Of a stretch of 64,000 bases of DNA, positions 30,616 through 45,620 are shown piece by piece. Position 1 is the first letter of the stretch; each line of letters starts with the position of its first letter. This DNA is from the human T2T-CHM13v2.0 reference genome, Homo sapiens. Under the pieces are notes generated by a model. The model was given only the letters and a program-made list of their open reading frames with translations, did not search any database and had not been told where the DNA came from. The translations under genes and the position numbers were made by a program. The stretch is taken from assembly GCF_009914755.1 (NCBI RefSeq), contig NC_060933.1; one strand, 5' to 3'.

Positions 30616-31003
30616 TCATCTGAAAAAATATATATATATAATATAGTAAATATTTTTCAAGTAAGCTCTCTTATCTGAGAACTTTTCGCCCACTGAAACA
30701 ACTCACGGTTATTTTTGATAGGGGAACAAGTACTCTCATTAGGCACCTCCTATAATGTATATAAACCATGTTTTAAACGTGTACGTTAAAAATAACAACG
30801 CTGTATATGCTTAACTTTGTGAGTTAAATCACTCAAATTCTCCAACTGCTCCAGCCAGGGAATTATGAGGGATGGAAAACAGCTGAGAGTCCGTTTGGCT
30901 CCGCCGCTCCGAGGGTGCCCGGCGCCCTGCACGGCCCCGTCCCAGGGTCTGCGGGGAAGCCGGGCCTGGGGGCCCCCTCCCACCCCGGGCTGAGCCCCCG
31001 CTA

Positions 31004-31222
<219 letters not shown>

Positions 31223-31544
31223 TCAGACCCCCAACCACCGGCTCTTGAGCGAGGGCAGCTCCCTGTCACCTTTTCACCAACCCCCTCCCCGACCCCGGCC
31301 GACCCAGCCCCAAATCCCCTATCCAACCCCAAAGCCCCGATCCAACCCCAACTCCGCTATTTCAAATCTATAATCTACACAATCCGCGATCCAGCCCGGT
31401 CCACCACAGCCTTCAGCAGCGACACTCGCAGCCTCCGACCTCTCAGACCGAGTGAGCCTCGCAAAGCCGTTGGGCGCGCGCCTGCACGGCAGTTGCTGCC
31501 GGGCTCCCAGAAGACGCTCCCTGGCGGCGCGCGCCAGCAGGTGG

Positions 31545-32900
31545 GGCTGCAGCTCTGGGCGTGCGCCGATGGGCTCGCCGGTTCTCCTGGGATCGCCCGG
31601 GCAGCCCCAGGATCGCAGGCGCGCAGCCAGCCCGGCCTGAGAAGGAGGGCCTGTCTGGCCTTGCAGCCCGCCCCGCTCCTCCTCAGAAGGGAGATAGGGT
31701 GCTGGCAAGGGCACTCCGCGGCCACCTGAGTGGCTTCGCGGATTGGCTGAACGCTGAGGCTCTGACCCTGAAGTCTGTGTGGCTAGTGTCAGGTAGCTGG
31801 AGAGGGATGGAGGCAGAGTCAGGGACTGCTCCTTCCCCCACCCGCCCTCACTGCTGCCAGTGCCACACGCGCGGTTTGCAGCTGCAGATCTGGCACTGGC
31901 GCAGGATGGCGGAGCTTCCTTTGGATGGCCTCAGGGCCGCAGAGCGCACAGCCCACCTGGCCTCAAGGTCCGCTCCTCTTGGACATCTTTCTGGATCCTG
32001 GGCCCTGGCGCTGGGCACTCTGTGTCCACACGGATGAAACAGCGGCTGCTGGCGGGGCCGGTTGCCTGATTTTGCCGCCTGGGGGTCTGGCCTCAGGATC
32101 CACGCTACTGCGGGGCGGGCCTGGTCTGGAGTGTCCAGTCACTTGCTGCCGGTGCACCACGTCTAGACTGCAGCTGCGGCTCCGATGCCGGCGTGAGCTG
32201 GCGGGCCTGGTACCTGATGTCCTCAGGGTCAAGTGCATCGCCCTCCCACTTGAGAGGTTGCTCTGACTTGGCCTCCTCCAAGAACGCAGGGGCCGCCGGG
32301 ACTGGCTCTTCGTGGTAACCGGGATGGTACCGAGCAGCAGGTTTTCACCCTGGTGCCACTGCTGTGCGGACTGCCTGACTTGGGCACCCAGGCACCCGCC
32401 CCAGGGTCCGCGCGGCAGGTGTGCAGGTAGGGTGAGTGGCGCGGAGGGTCGGGGGTTGCTCCGTCATCTCTGCCCGTGTGCAACTTGCAGTTTTGCAGTT
32501 TTCTGCAGCAGCCGAGGCGCTGGCGCGGGAAGGCGGAGCTCCCCTGGATGGCGTCAGGTTTGCAGGCACAGAGCACAGCCCACCAGGCCTGAAGGTCCGC
32601 TCAGGGGCCATAGTGGTTGAGTTCTCTGTGGAACTGGGATGGGGTGAACGGCCAGTTCCCGTCCTTTGGCCACCTGGCCAACTGCCAGACTTAACCGCTG
32701 CCGCCCAGGAATCTGTCTCTAGCGTAGCCACTACTTGGGTAGAAGTGGGGGTCGGGGTGGGGCGTCACCGGTTGCCAGGCCAGCACTGTCTTTGCAACAT
32801 ATTCAGATGGCGGCGGGCAGCTCAGGCGCCAGCATGGGCTGGCGGGGCTCCCCTGGACGGCCCTCAGGTCGCTCACAGCATTGTCCCAGGACTTCCTCGG
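31545..32900. repeat. Degenerate ~310-bp GC-rich tandem repeat (~5 units)
   Basis: Related cores at ~31545, 31875, 32165, 32500, 32810; 31892-31975 and 32516-32602 align closely (ggatggc..tcagg..gcacagcccacc.ggcct.aaggtccgctc). Confidence 0.65.
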
Positions 32901-33079
32901 CCTGTGCCAGGTGGGCAAGATACGGGGGTAGCTTCGAAGGCTTCTATCCCAACTCTACCTATTTCTATCTATCTTCTCTTGAGTTATTTTGCCTTTATCT
33001 CAGTTTTATTTGCAAAAATAGTATACGCAAAATACATCGAGTGAATGCACATCAGGCATATAGAAGATCTGGCAGAAAC

Positions 33080-33650
33080 ATGTTTTCTCCTGCCCATTTC
33101 CAGTCAGTATTTGAACACAGAGGCTTCCACGGTTTTGATTCTTTCCACAAAAGGTTAGTTTTGTCTGTTTTCACCATTTATGTAAGTGAAACTATAAATT
33201 ATATAATTTTTATGTTCACTCACTAAACATGCTTGTGACACATCATTTTGCTCCTATTGATTATTCATTATTTTGTAATATTCAACTTTATGACTATACC
33301 ACAGGTTTGAGGCCTTTGCTTGTTTTGTTTTTAATCCATTCCACTATTGATAGACACAAAAGCAGTTTCTGATTTGAGGCTATCATGAATAAACCTGCTA
33401 CGAACAAATCAGATATACATATTTTTTTCTGTAATAATATTTTCACTTTTCTTGAGTTTAAGTACATAAGAGTGGATTTTCTGGGTTATAAAATAAGTAT
33501 ATATTTGGCATTGTATGAAATGGGGAGACATTTTCCTAAGTGGTTATGCCATCTTAAACTACAATGAAAATGAGAGAATCAGTTCCACTTTCTAACCAAT
33601 ACTTGATGCTGTCAGTTGTTTTAGTATTATCCATTCTTATGGGATATAAC
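33080..33650 (-). mobile_element. Old L1M fragment
   Basis: atccattccactattgatagaca, ctatcatgaataaacctgctacgaaca, ccaatacttgatgctgtcag. Confidence 0.55.
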
Positions 33651-33958
33651 TGCTGAGTAGCTGTCTGCCTTCTCCCATGACACAGAAAATTGAGGGCCCA
33701 GAGGACAGTTTTATTTTCATATTTGACATCTTCTATTATTTTTTATAGAAGGATGATTTCAGTAGTAAAATTTTCTTTCAATTTTCTAGGTTGTCTCTGA
33801 ATCTTACTGGGGTTCCTTGTCCTAAACCACGTTCAGAAATTTTCACGACCGACTTCTTATCTTTGTCATACCAGGCCAATGAGGGACAGCATTCCTGAGA
33901 CTTTTTAAGTACTTTGTGTGTGTGTGATGGTCTAATAATCATAGCCTTAAAACTTTCT

Positions 33959-34277
<319 letters not shown>

Positions 34278-34334
34278 AATCTCACACTTCTGGGAGACAC
34301 TGAATTTGTGAATGTGTACAGCATATCACAATAA

Positions 34335-34622
<288 letters not shown>

Positions 34623-35109
34623 AGAAAGTTTTAAGGCTATGATTATTAGACCATCACACAAAGTACTTAAAAAGTCTCAGGAATGCTGTCCCTCATTGGG
34701 ACCACAACACCCAGATGATTTTTTTTTTTTTGTAGAAAGAGGAGCCTTGCTATGTTGCCCAAGCTGGCCTCAAACTCCCACCCTCAAGAGATCTGCCCAT
34801 CTCGACAACCAGAGTAACTGGTTCTACAGGAAAATACCACTATCCCATGATAATTATATTTTATTAATTTTTATTTGCATAGACAGGAGGTCTTGCTATG
34901 TTGCCCAGGGTGGTCTCAGACTCCTGGACTCGAACAATTCTCCCATCTGTGCCATCTGTGCCTCCCAAAGTGCTCCCAAAGTGCTGACGCCACAGGCGTA
35001 AGCCACTGCACCTGGCCCGACTTAAGATGTCTTTAATCTAGCATCCCATACTTCATATAATCAGGAAAAGCAGTAGTGTTTTTTTTTAATTACTTAGTAT
35101 CTCAACAAG

Positions 35110-35620
35110 AATCAACCATCTCTCACCATTGCCAGGACCCTGGTCAGAACCACTATCATCTCCTACCTGGATGTTGCCACAGCTTGGCCTCCGTGCTTCT
35201 ACCCAAATCTTCCCACAATCTTTCTCAACTCAGCCACCATGGGATGCTTTTAAATCAATAGACAGTTCGTGTCACCTCTCTGCTCAGAACCCTTCCGCAT
35301 CTCCCATCTCAGACAGCATAAAAGCCAAAGCCCCAGCAATAGCCTCCCAGGGCTTGCACAATCTGTACTGATCTGAGTCCCACAACTCCCTGGCCTCCTC
35401 CCCTACCTTCTCTCCCCCTCTCTGCTCGACAATCCTCTTTCCTGAGCTTCAGACACACCACGGAGTTCCCTCTTAGCATCTTTATTCTGTTGTTTCTGCC
35501 TATAATGCTCTTCCCTCAGTACCTTGGCCAGCTCCTTCCCCTCCTTCAAGTCTTTGCTCAATTTTCACTTAGGAGGCCAACCCTGACCACTCTATTTAAT
35601 ATTGCTATGTGTCCCCATTC
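35110..35620 (-). mobile_element. L2 LINE fragment
   Basis: accactatcatctcctacctgga, tgtcacctctctgctcagaaccct, ctgcctataatgctcttccc. Confidence 0.65.
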
Positions 35621-35944
35621 CTGCCATGCTCACTCATTTCTTTTTACTTTTTTTTTAAGATATAATCTCGCTGTGTCACTCAGGCTGGGGCACCATGGCA
35701 CGATCACAACACACTGAGACCTGGAACTCCTAGGTCAAGAAATCGTCCTGCCTCAGCGCCTCTAGTAGCTAAGACTACAAGTGCATGCCACTACACCCGC
35801 TAATTTTTTTTTCCCATGTAGACAGGGTATCACTTTGTTGCCCAGGCTTATCTTGAACTCCTGGGCCAGAGCAACCATCCTGCCTCAGCCTCCTAAATAG
35901 CTGGAATTATAGGTGTGGGCCACTACCCCTGGCTTCATGTTCAT

Positions 35945-36295
35945 TTCTTCTTGCTGCTGTTACAAACTACCCTACGTTGAGTGGCTTAATACACCACAAA
36001 TCTACTACCTAACAGGTCTGGGGGCCAGAAGTCCAAAATAGGTCTATTAAGGCTAAAGTCAAGGTGTCAGCAGGACTGCATCCCTTCTGGAGGTTCCAGA
36101 GAGAAGGTGTTCCCTTGCCTTTCCCAGTTCCAAAAGCCACCCCTATTCTTTGCCTCATGGCCCCTAAATGCATCTTCAAAGCCAGAAGCAAAGCATATTC
36201 AAATCTCCCTCTGTGACCTGTGCTTCCACCATCAAATCTCCTTCAATTCTGACTCTCTTACCTCCCTCTTTCACTTATAAAGACCTCTTGTGATT
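35945..36295 (-). mobile_element. MLT1 (MaLR) LTR fragment
   Basis: gctgctgttacaaactacc..gtggcttaa; aaggtgtcagcaggactgcatcccttctggagg. Confidence 0.75.
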
Positions 36296-36589
36296 GCTGG
36301 ACACAGAGGCCGGGGCTCACAACCATAATCCCAACAGTTTAGGAGGTCAAAGCAGGAGAAATGCTTGAGGCCAGAAGTTCGGGACCAGCCTGGGAAACAC
36401 AGTGAGACCCCCCCCCCCTCAATTAAACAACAAAAAGAAATAAGAGAAAATTAGCTGGGCATGGTGGTATGCATCTGTAGTTTCAGCTACTTGAGAGGCT
36501 GTGGTGAAAGGATTGCTTTAGCCCCAGAGTTCAAGACCAGCCTCGGCAATATAACAAGATCCCATCTCTACAAAAAAATACAAAAATCA

Positions 36590-36679
<90 letters not shown>

Positions 36680-36754
36680 TTAGCTACGACTGCATCATTG
36701 CACTCCAGATTGGGTGAAACAGAGACTCTGTGTTCAAAAGAAAAAGAAAAAAAA

Positions 36755-38265
<1,511 letters not shown>

Positions 38266-38353
38266 TAACCATAACTACTATTCACGAAAAAGGTCTACTC
38301 ATTACAACTGAAAATCATAAAATTGTAAGTTCTACAAAAATAAATCAACCTTA

Positions 38354-38620
<267 letters not shown>

Positions 38621-38721
38621 TCACAGTTTTCTTGAATCAGGGGAAAAATAAGACTCAGAAACTAGGAATTCGTTTTGCCCAAAACTCTCATCAGATAGAG
38701 AATCCATCCACTAACTTTCTA

Positions 38722-39134
<413 letters not shown>

Positions 39135-39759
39135 TTACAACCCAGTGATGGACTACCACAACTCAACACAGCAAAGAGGTGCCAAGCTCCCTTTCTCCCC
39201 TGCACAACCCGACACAGAAGAGTTGGTGCAGTGGAATGAGGTTGAATGGAGAGAAGTTCCTCTTCTTTCCATTTTTTTTTTTTTTTTTGAGATGGAGTCT
39301 CACTCTATCACACAGGCTGGGTGCAGTGGCGCAATCTCAGTCACTGCAACCTCCGCCTCCCAGGTTCAACCAATTCTCTGCCTCAGCCTTCCGAGTAGCT
39401 GGGATTAGAGGTGCCCGCCACCACACCCAGCTAATTTTTGTTTGTTTGTTTGTTTAGTAGAGACTGGGTTTCACTATGTTGGCCAGGCTGGTCTTGAACT
39501 CCTGACCTTGTGATCCACCTGCCTCGGCCTCCCAAAGTGCTGGGATTACAGGCATGAGCTGCTGCACCCAGCCGAGAAGTTCCTCTTCTTACTGAGAAAA
39601 TGGATCACAGGGCATCAAGTAACACATAAAATTCTTTATAATAAGCAGTATTATTTTTGGAAAACCTTTCCTAATATTTTGGTATCAGCAAAAACCCTCA
39701 GATTAATTTCAAACACTATAAAAATACAATACATAAACAGAAAATATTAACTGTCAGCA

Positions 39760-40075
39760 ATGCTATAGAGAAATTGGAAGCTGTATGCATTGCCTTTTGG
39801 AATGTAAAATGGTACAGCCCACTGTGGAAAATGGTTTAGCAGCTCCTTAAAAATATTAAGCACAGAATTATATGATCCACCAACACCCTTTAAGTGTATA
39901 TACCCAAAATAACTGAGAGCAGGGACTCAAACAGGTATTTGTACACCCGTTTAACAGCAGCATTATTCACAGTGGCCAAAAGGTAGAACCAACCCTAATG
40001 CCCATCAGTAGGTGAATGGATAAAGAAAATGTAATATATACATACACAGAGTATTATTCAGCCATAAAAAGAAAA
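39760..40075 (+). mobile_element. L1MB fragment
   Basis: ggaatgtaaaatggtacagcc..actgtggaaaa; gcagcattattcacagtggccaaaagg. Confidence 0.75.
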
Positions 40076-40342
40076 ATATCTGGCCAGATTCAGGGGCTTA
40101 CACCTGTAATCCCAGTATTTTGGGAGGCCAAGGTGGGCAGGTCTCTTGAGCCCCAAATTTTGAGACCAGGCTGGACAACATGGCACATTTGGTCAGAAGT
40201 GTTTGACCATAACTACTATTCAAGAAAAAGATCTACTCATTAGAACTATAAATCATAAAATTATAAATTCTACAAAAACAAATCAACCTTATCTACCACC
40301 CAGTACTACCCAATTACAGAATGTTAGAACAGAAGGTCTCAC

Positions 40343-40494
40343 CATGGACTCAAGAGCTGATATGAGCAATGTCACCACCATCCTGTTCTCTGCGGACTCA
40401 TCTTCAACAGACTCATCTTCAACGGACTCCTCATCTTCCATGGACTCCTCATCTTCAATGGGCAGGGTGGAAACTGCAGCTTGTGCCATGATCC
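40343..40494 (-). pseudogene. GTF2IP: GTF2I first-coding-exon duplicate, copy 2 ([49 protein letters not shown])
   Basis: As copy 1; intact acceptor gcacag|GGATCATG and donor ATG|gtgaga. Confidence 0.88.
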
Positions 40495-41340
40495 CTGTGC
40501 AAGAAAAGTAGTAAGAAATTGAATTGTAGAAATCCAGTATCTTAAACTCACATCCAGAGCTGTGAGAGTTTTTCACTGGCTGGCAAATTGTTTCTTTGCA
40601 TCAGAGAAAAAAACAAAACTTGGTAACTTGGTATTCGATTTGCCCAAAACTCTCATCAGATAGAGAATTCATCCGCTAACTTTCTATCTAGTACTATTTC
40701 CATGAAGTTAGATGAATATCACTCCCAAAATAAATCCACGTGGCAACCAGAATCAATGCATTTCTCCCAAGAGGAGGTGTCCAAGCGCCCACATCTGTAA
40801 TCCCAGCATGTTGGGAGGCCGAGGTGGGTGGATCAGGAGGTCAAAAGATTGAGACCATCCTGGCCAACATGGTGAAACCCTGGTCTCTACCAAAAATACA
40901 AAAAAATAGCTGGATGTGGTGGTCTGTGCCTATAATCCCAGCTACTTAGGAGGCTGAGGCAGGAGAATCACTTGAACCAGGGAGTCAGAGGTTGCAGTGA
41001 GCCGAGATCGTGCCACTGCACTCTAGCCTGGTGACAGAGCAAGACTTCGTCTAAAAAAAAAAAAAGAAAAAAACAGTAAAATACTAAATGTCTTTTTCTC
41101 CTAACCTTCTTAGCCTTCTGCTGGTACTTCAATTTCTGCTGGTACTGTTTGGTCATTGCCCTCTAAAGAATGATGGCTTCCTAAAAAGAAAACAAACAAC
41201 ATATAAACCAATAAAAACTCACATTGAAAGATAAAAAATAATCTAGGTGACGATGCAAGCACTTTGAAGACATAATAGGCCAGGTGCAGTGGCTCACACC
41301 TGTAAACCCAGCAGTTTGGGAGGCTGAGGAGGGCGGATCA

Positions 41341-41633
<293 letters not shown>

Positions 41634-42852
41634 CTAATTCAGAAGAAATATATAACATGTCTATTTGGTAGCTTAAAAACATTCTTTTAAAATACAAATA
41701 CAGTAGACCCAAGTAGGCTTGGGGACTTAATATTAGTTACTCTAGCTACATGATAAAATTACTGGATATTGGAATCTGAAGCAGCACAATTATGCTACAA
41801 GTACCATGCTCATCTGTCACTGACACACACACACAAGTGTGAATGCCTGCTTTGCTCAATTAACTCTGTAAATAAGTTCAGGATTTGCTGTGGAATGTTC
41901 CCTGCTTTCCATTTTCACTATGGTGAAAGTTATGGAAACTCGATCCCCATAATTTAAGCAAAGTTGTACTTAAAGTAACTCATATGTAAAAATTTAAGAT
42001 ACTACCTTTAGTGTCAAAAACATTTTAATCCAAGTAGCGTAATCTGCCTGCTTCTAAAAACTGGCATATAAAGCAACAGATCTGTTAGGCAGTCACAAGG
42101 TAAACAGGCTCATCCTACTGGAGCAGAAGTTTTACTCACAAATATGAAAGAAATAATCTAAAATATCAGAGTGCCACTTAGGATTAAGACCACAAACTGC
42201 CCCCAGTACACATCCTCTGTCCTTAAAGATCTGAGCTACTAACATGGAAAAGATTGAAAAACACTGTCTTCAAGTATAAATAAAAATATATTACATTTCG
42301 GTAAGAATACATTGTTTAGGGGGAAGGGAAGCAGATGCTCATCTATTTTGTCCTATCTATTGATAACTAAATTCAGAAGCTGTACTAAAAGTCAAACAAA
42401 AGTTATAAATACATCTCAATTTTTAAAGAGCAATGATTACAGTCAGAAAAACTCATTTGGTGGCTAGTATTCTTGAATTAAAAGTGCCATACCAAAGTGA
42501 AATCTTTTTGGTTTTCAACATCTAGCTTTTTCATGTCACAATTATTTTGGGATTCTTTTCCACTTACTGCATATTGTGAAAACTCACCTGAACTCAAAAC
42601 TCTAGGTAAATCTATAAACCTGTATCTCAGAATCCACCTTTAATTCATTTGTAAAATACGCTTTCTCTGCACACATTTCCTCTCTCTTCTTTTAACCGTA
42701 ATATTTGGATTTAGGGAGCATCAAGTTCCTTGACTGTAAAGTCAACGAAAAAAGAGATATGAAGTCAAAAGAATGGGAGATAATGAACAAGAGGCCAGTA
42801 GTTAAAAAGTAAAATTTCAATAAAGAATAACAGTTAAGATGGTCGTTCATGT

Positions 42853-43239
42853 TATTACCCAAACACTAGGGGTTTCGTCCAGGTCCTCCTGCTCATCGGA
42901 GAAAAAGCCAGTCACTGAGGTGACAAGTACTGCCAAGGAAGAAAGCTTTAACCTGGTGCTGCGGCCCAGGAGCTGGGAGCTCAGTCTCAAATCCATGGGC
43001 TTGACTAATAGGGGCACGAAAAAAATTTAACAATGTATAAGAGAACAGAAATTAGGGAGGGGCAGGAGGCATGTGGTGCTGTGATCTGGTATGTTTCAGT
43101 TATCTGATACTTCCTGAAGGTCTTTTTTTGAGGAGAGAACTCAGATACAACAGATCCAAGTTTCAAGCTTTAACAGCAGGGTCAATTTTGACGTTCATCC
43201 AAAAAAAAACCATCCATTGGGACAACAGGGCCGGTGTCA
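42853..43239 (-). mobile_element. ERV1-type solo LTR with 4-bp TSD
   Basis: TSD atgt at 42849-42852 and 43240-43243; termini t(a/g)ttacc...gtca. Confidence 0.7.
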
Positions 43240-43898
43240 ATGTAAGCAATGATTCTGTAGTTCCTCTTTGTTCTTTCAAAATCTGAAATAAACAATTGAA
43301 TTTATATTATATGCTAAATCTAAAGAAAATACATCTTGTTGTACTTGAGGCCAGAAGAGATAGAAGTAAGGCAGTCAAGTTTGGGAACATTATAAAAAAT
43401 TCAAAAAAAGTAATAAATGCATAAAACTTACAGAGTAACAAGTGCTATTTCAGAATTCTTCTAAATACTAAGTATTGACATGACCTTATCAATATTTGCA
43501 TTACTAACCATACAATAAGAACCTGACTTCTGACTGTTCTGAGATAAGGGATAAATGTGTACTTTACCTTAAATGGGAAAGTGCATCATGTACCCACTTC
43601 GAGATTCACAACAGGGAAAACTGATTTGAAAAATTGTTGCTTGTGAAGTTCATTTATATGTTAAAAAAAGGCCAATACATTTTCCCTTTTCCACATAGAA
43701 AAGGAACACTATACTTATAAATACTAAAACACAGTCTGTGGAATACAAGGAACCAATAGAAACAGTATGTAGGAAAATGGAAGTGAAAAGATTATACATT
43801 GCAAAGACTTCAGTAGAAGGAGTTTTTCATCAACATCATCGGTTTCAGAAGGGCCTGCTTTGGGATACAAAGACAATACTTCAACAGTAACTCCCCCA

Positions 43899-44087
43899 AG
43901 CCAGACGCAGTGACTTATGCCTGTAATCCCAGTAATTTGGGAGGCCAAGGCAGGCAGTGAGGTCTGGAGTTCAAGACAAACCTGGCCCAACAGGGTGATA
44001 CACCGTCTCTACCAAAAAATACAAAAATTAACCAGGTGTAGTGGCATGCACCTATACAGTCCCAGCTATATGGGAGGCTGAGGCAAA
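43899..44087 (+). mobile_element. 3'-truncated Alu
   Basis: Stops abruptly at gggaggctgaggca. Confidence 0.82.
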
Positions 44088-45559
44088 TGTACTCATTTTT
44101 TCATTCCTGCACCCAAGAAACTGCAACCAATCTACTCTGTTAAGAGCAGAGATAAAGGGTTTAGACTCCATATTACATGTGAAATAGAAGAAATGAATCA
44201 GTTTAGTATGAACTTGTATGCACTTTTGGAGAGGAAAGTAGGTCAAGAAGCCATTAAGATACATGAAGGAAGGTCAAATCTTAAAGAAAACTAGAAATTC
44301 AGATTTATTTACATAGCTCTAGAAGGAAGAACCAGGAATAGTGGAGAATGAATGTAGAAAACATTTTTAGTGAATGAAAGCATGAGATGATAACACAAGC
44401 AGCCACCAATGGAACAAACTGATGTGCAACAGCGGATTTGCCGTCACTGAAGCTATCCAGTTTCCAACTGTTGCAGGTATTACAGAGCTATCGAGAGTTT
44501 TAGTAGGCGGCTGGGGTTCCTTTCAGATCTGACATGGCATGATGCCAAAATGCTGTACATGCTCTCATCTTTTTCTGGCTCATTTTTTTTCTCTCTTCAG
44601 GTTTCTTAACCTTTTATCTACTTCCCTCTATTAATAATCACCTAAACCATACACTCAGTCTTCTGAAGTAAATTTCTTTATCTTTCACTTCACAAATAAA
44701 CATCTTTGATGGATGAAAACACCGCAGGAAAGCCACCTAAGCAGATATGACTTCTCAACTTTTTTTTTTAAGTGATTTCCATTCATCACTAATTCCAAAC
44801 AAAACAATTACAAACTATCATAAAATTATTAGAAAGTGAAAATGGGAAGCATTGGTTAAATATGTGTTTAGTATGCTTCACCATGTCCTCAAACATATTT
44901 AAAAAGTTAATCCACACTTCTTTAAGTGCATTGGGGGACTTGCTTTAGATTAAGAAATATGTTAACTATTTCAGGACACTAAGGACCTTACAAATCTGAA
45001 TTAGCTCAGATTGGCTGCTATCTCCTCAATTATTTTCTGATAAATAAGAAACAAACAGTAAATAGCAACTTGCAGAAAATCTACCAGTAGTACACAAGGG
45101 CAGCCAAACTTCAAAATTCTTGCCACTCAAACTCTAGACGGTTACTATTTACTAAAATGTAAATAATAAAAAGACTTTTCTCAATCTTGTCCTCCAGAAA
45201 GAAAAGCCATAAGGTTCAAACACTAACCAAAAAAAGGGTAAGGAGAAACGTTTATATATTGGCGTTCCTTTTATTAGTGTCTTCACATACAACACTCCTC
45301 AATTTTAAACACCGCTTTCTTTCAGAAGACAAAACCAAGACAAAATGGTAGAAATCAAAGGGTTACAGACTTTGATTTAAAAGGCATAACCTTTTCAAAA
45401 ATGAGAGCTATCGATGGATCACTTCTGAGAAGAAATTCCCTGGCACTAGGATAGAGGTTGGAAAACCATCTTTCCAGGTGCTCTAAAATAGAATCCTCTC
45501 ATAGTGCAAGAGTCCTTCTAATTCTAGGGGTCTAGGATTATTTTTATTATTATTGTTAC

Positions 45560-45620
45560 CTTTCCCGTTCTGGAAAATCCTCAAGACTCTGTCTTGTAAA
45601 TGTCACCAACCCAGTAGGTT
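45560..45620 (-). pseudogene. PARG: PARG exon duplicate ([20 protein letters not shown])
   Basis: 61 nt; ttctgtag|AA ... AG|gtaaca; matches recalled PARG [21 protein letters not shown] with W>R. Confidence 0.9.

Noticed and set aside
31319-33226. Many overlapping 60-200-aa ORFs on both strands
   Set aside because: Expected in a GC-rich island; no recognisable protein; many use GTG/TTG starts.
44380-44550. GC-elevated stretch resembling an exon
   Set aside because: No match to the expected next PARG exon (CEKPLTRLHVTYEG) and no clear splice-site pair.
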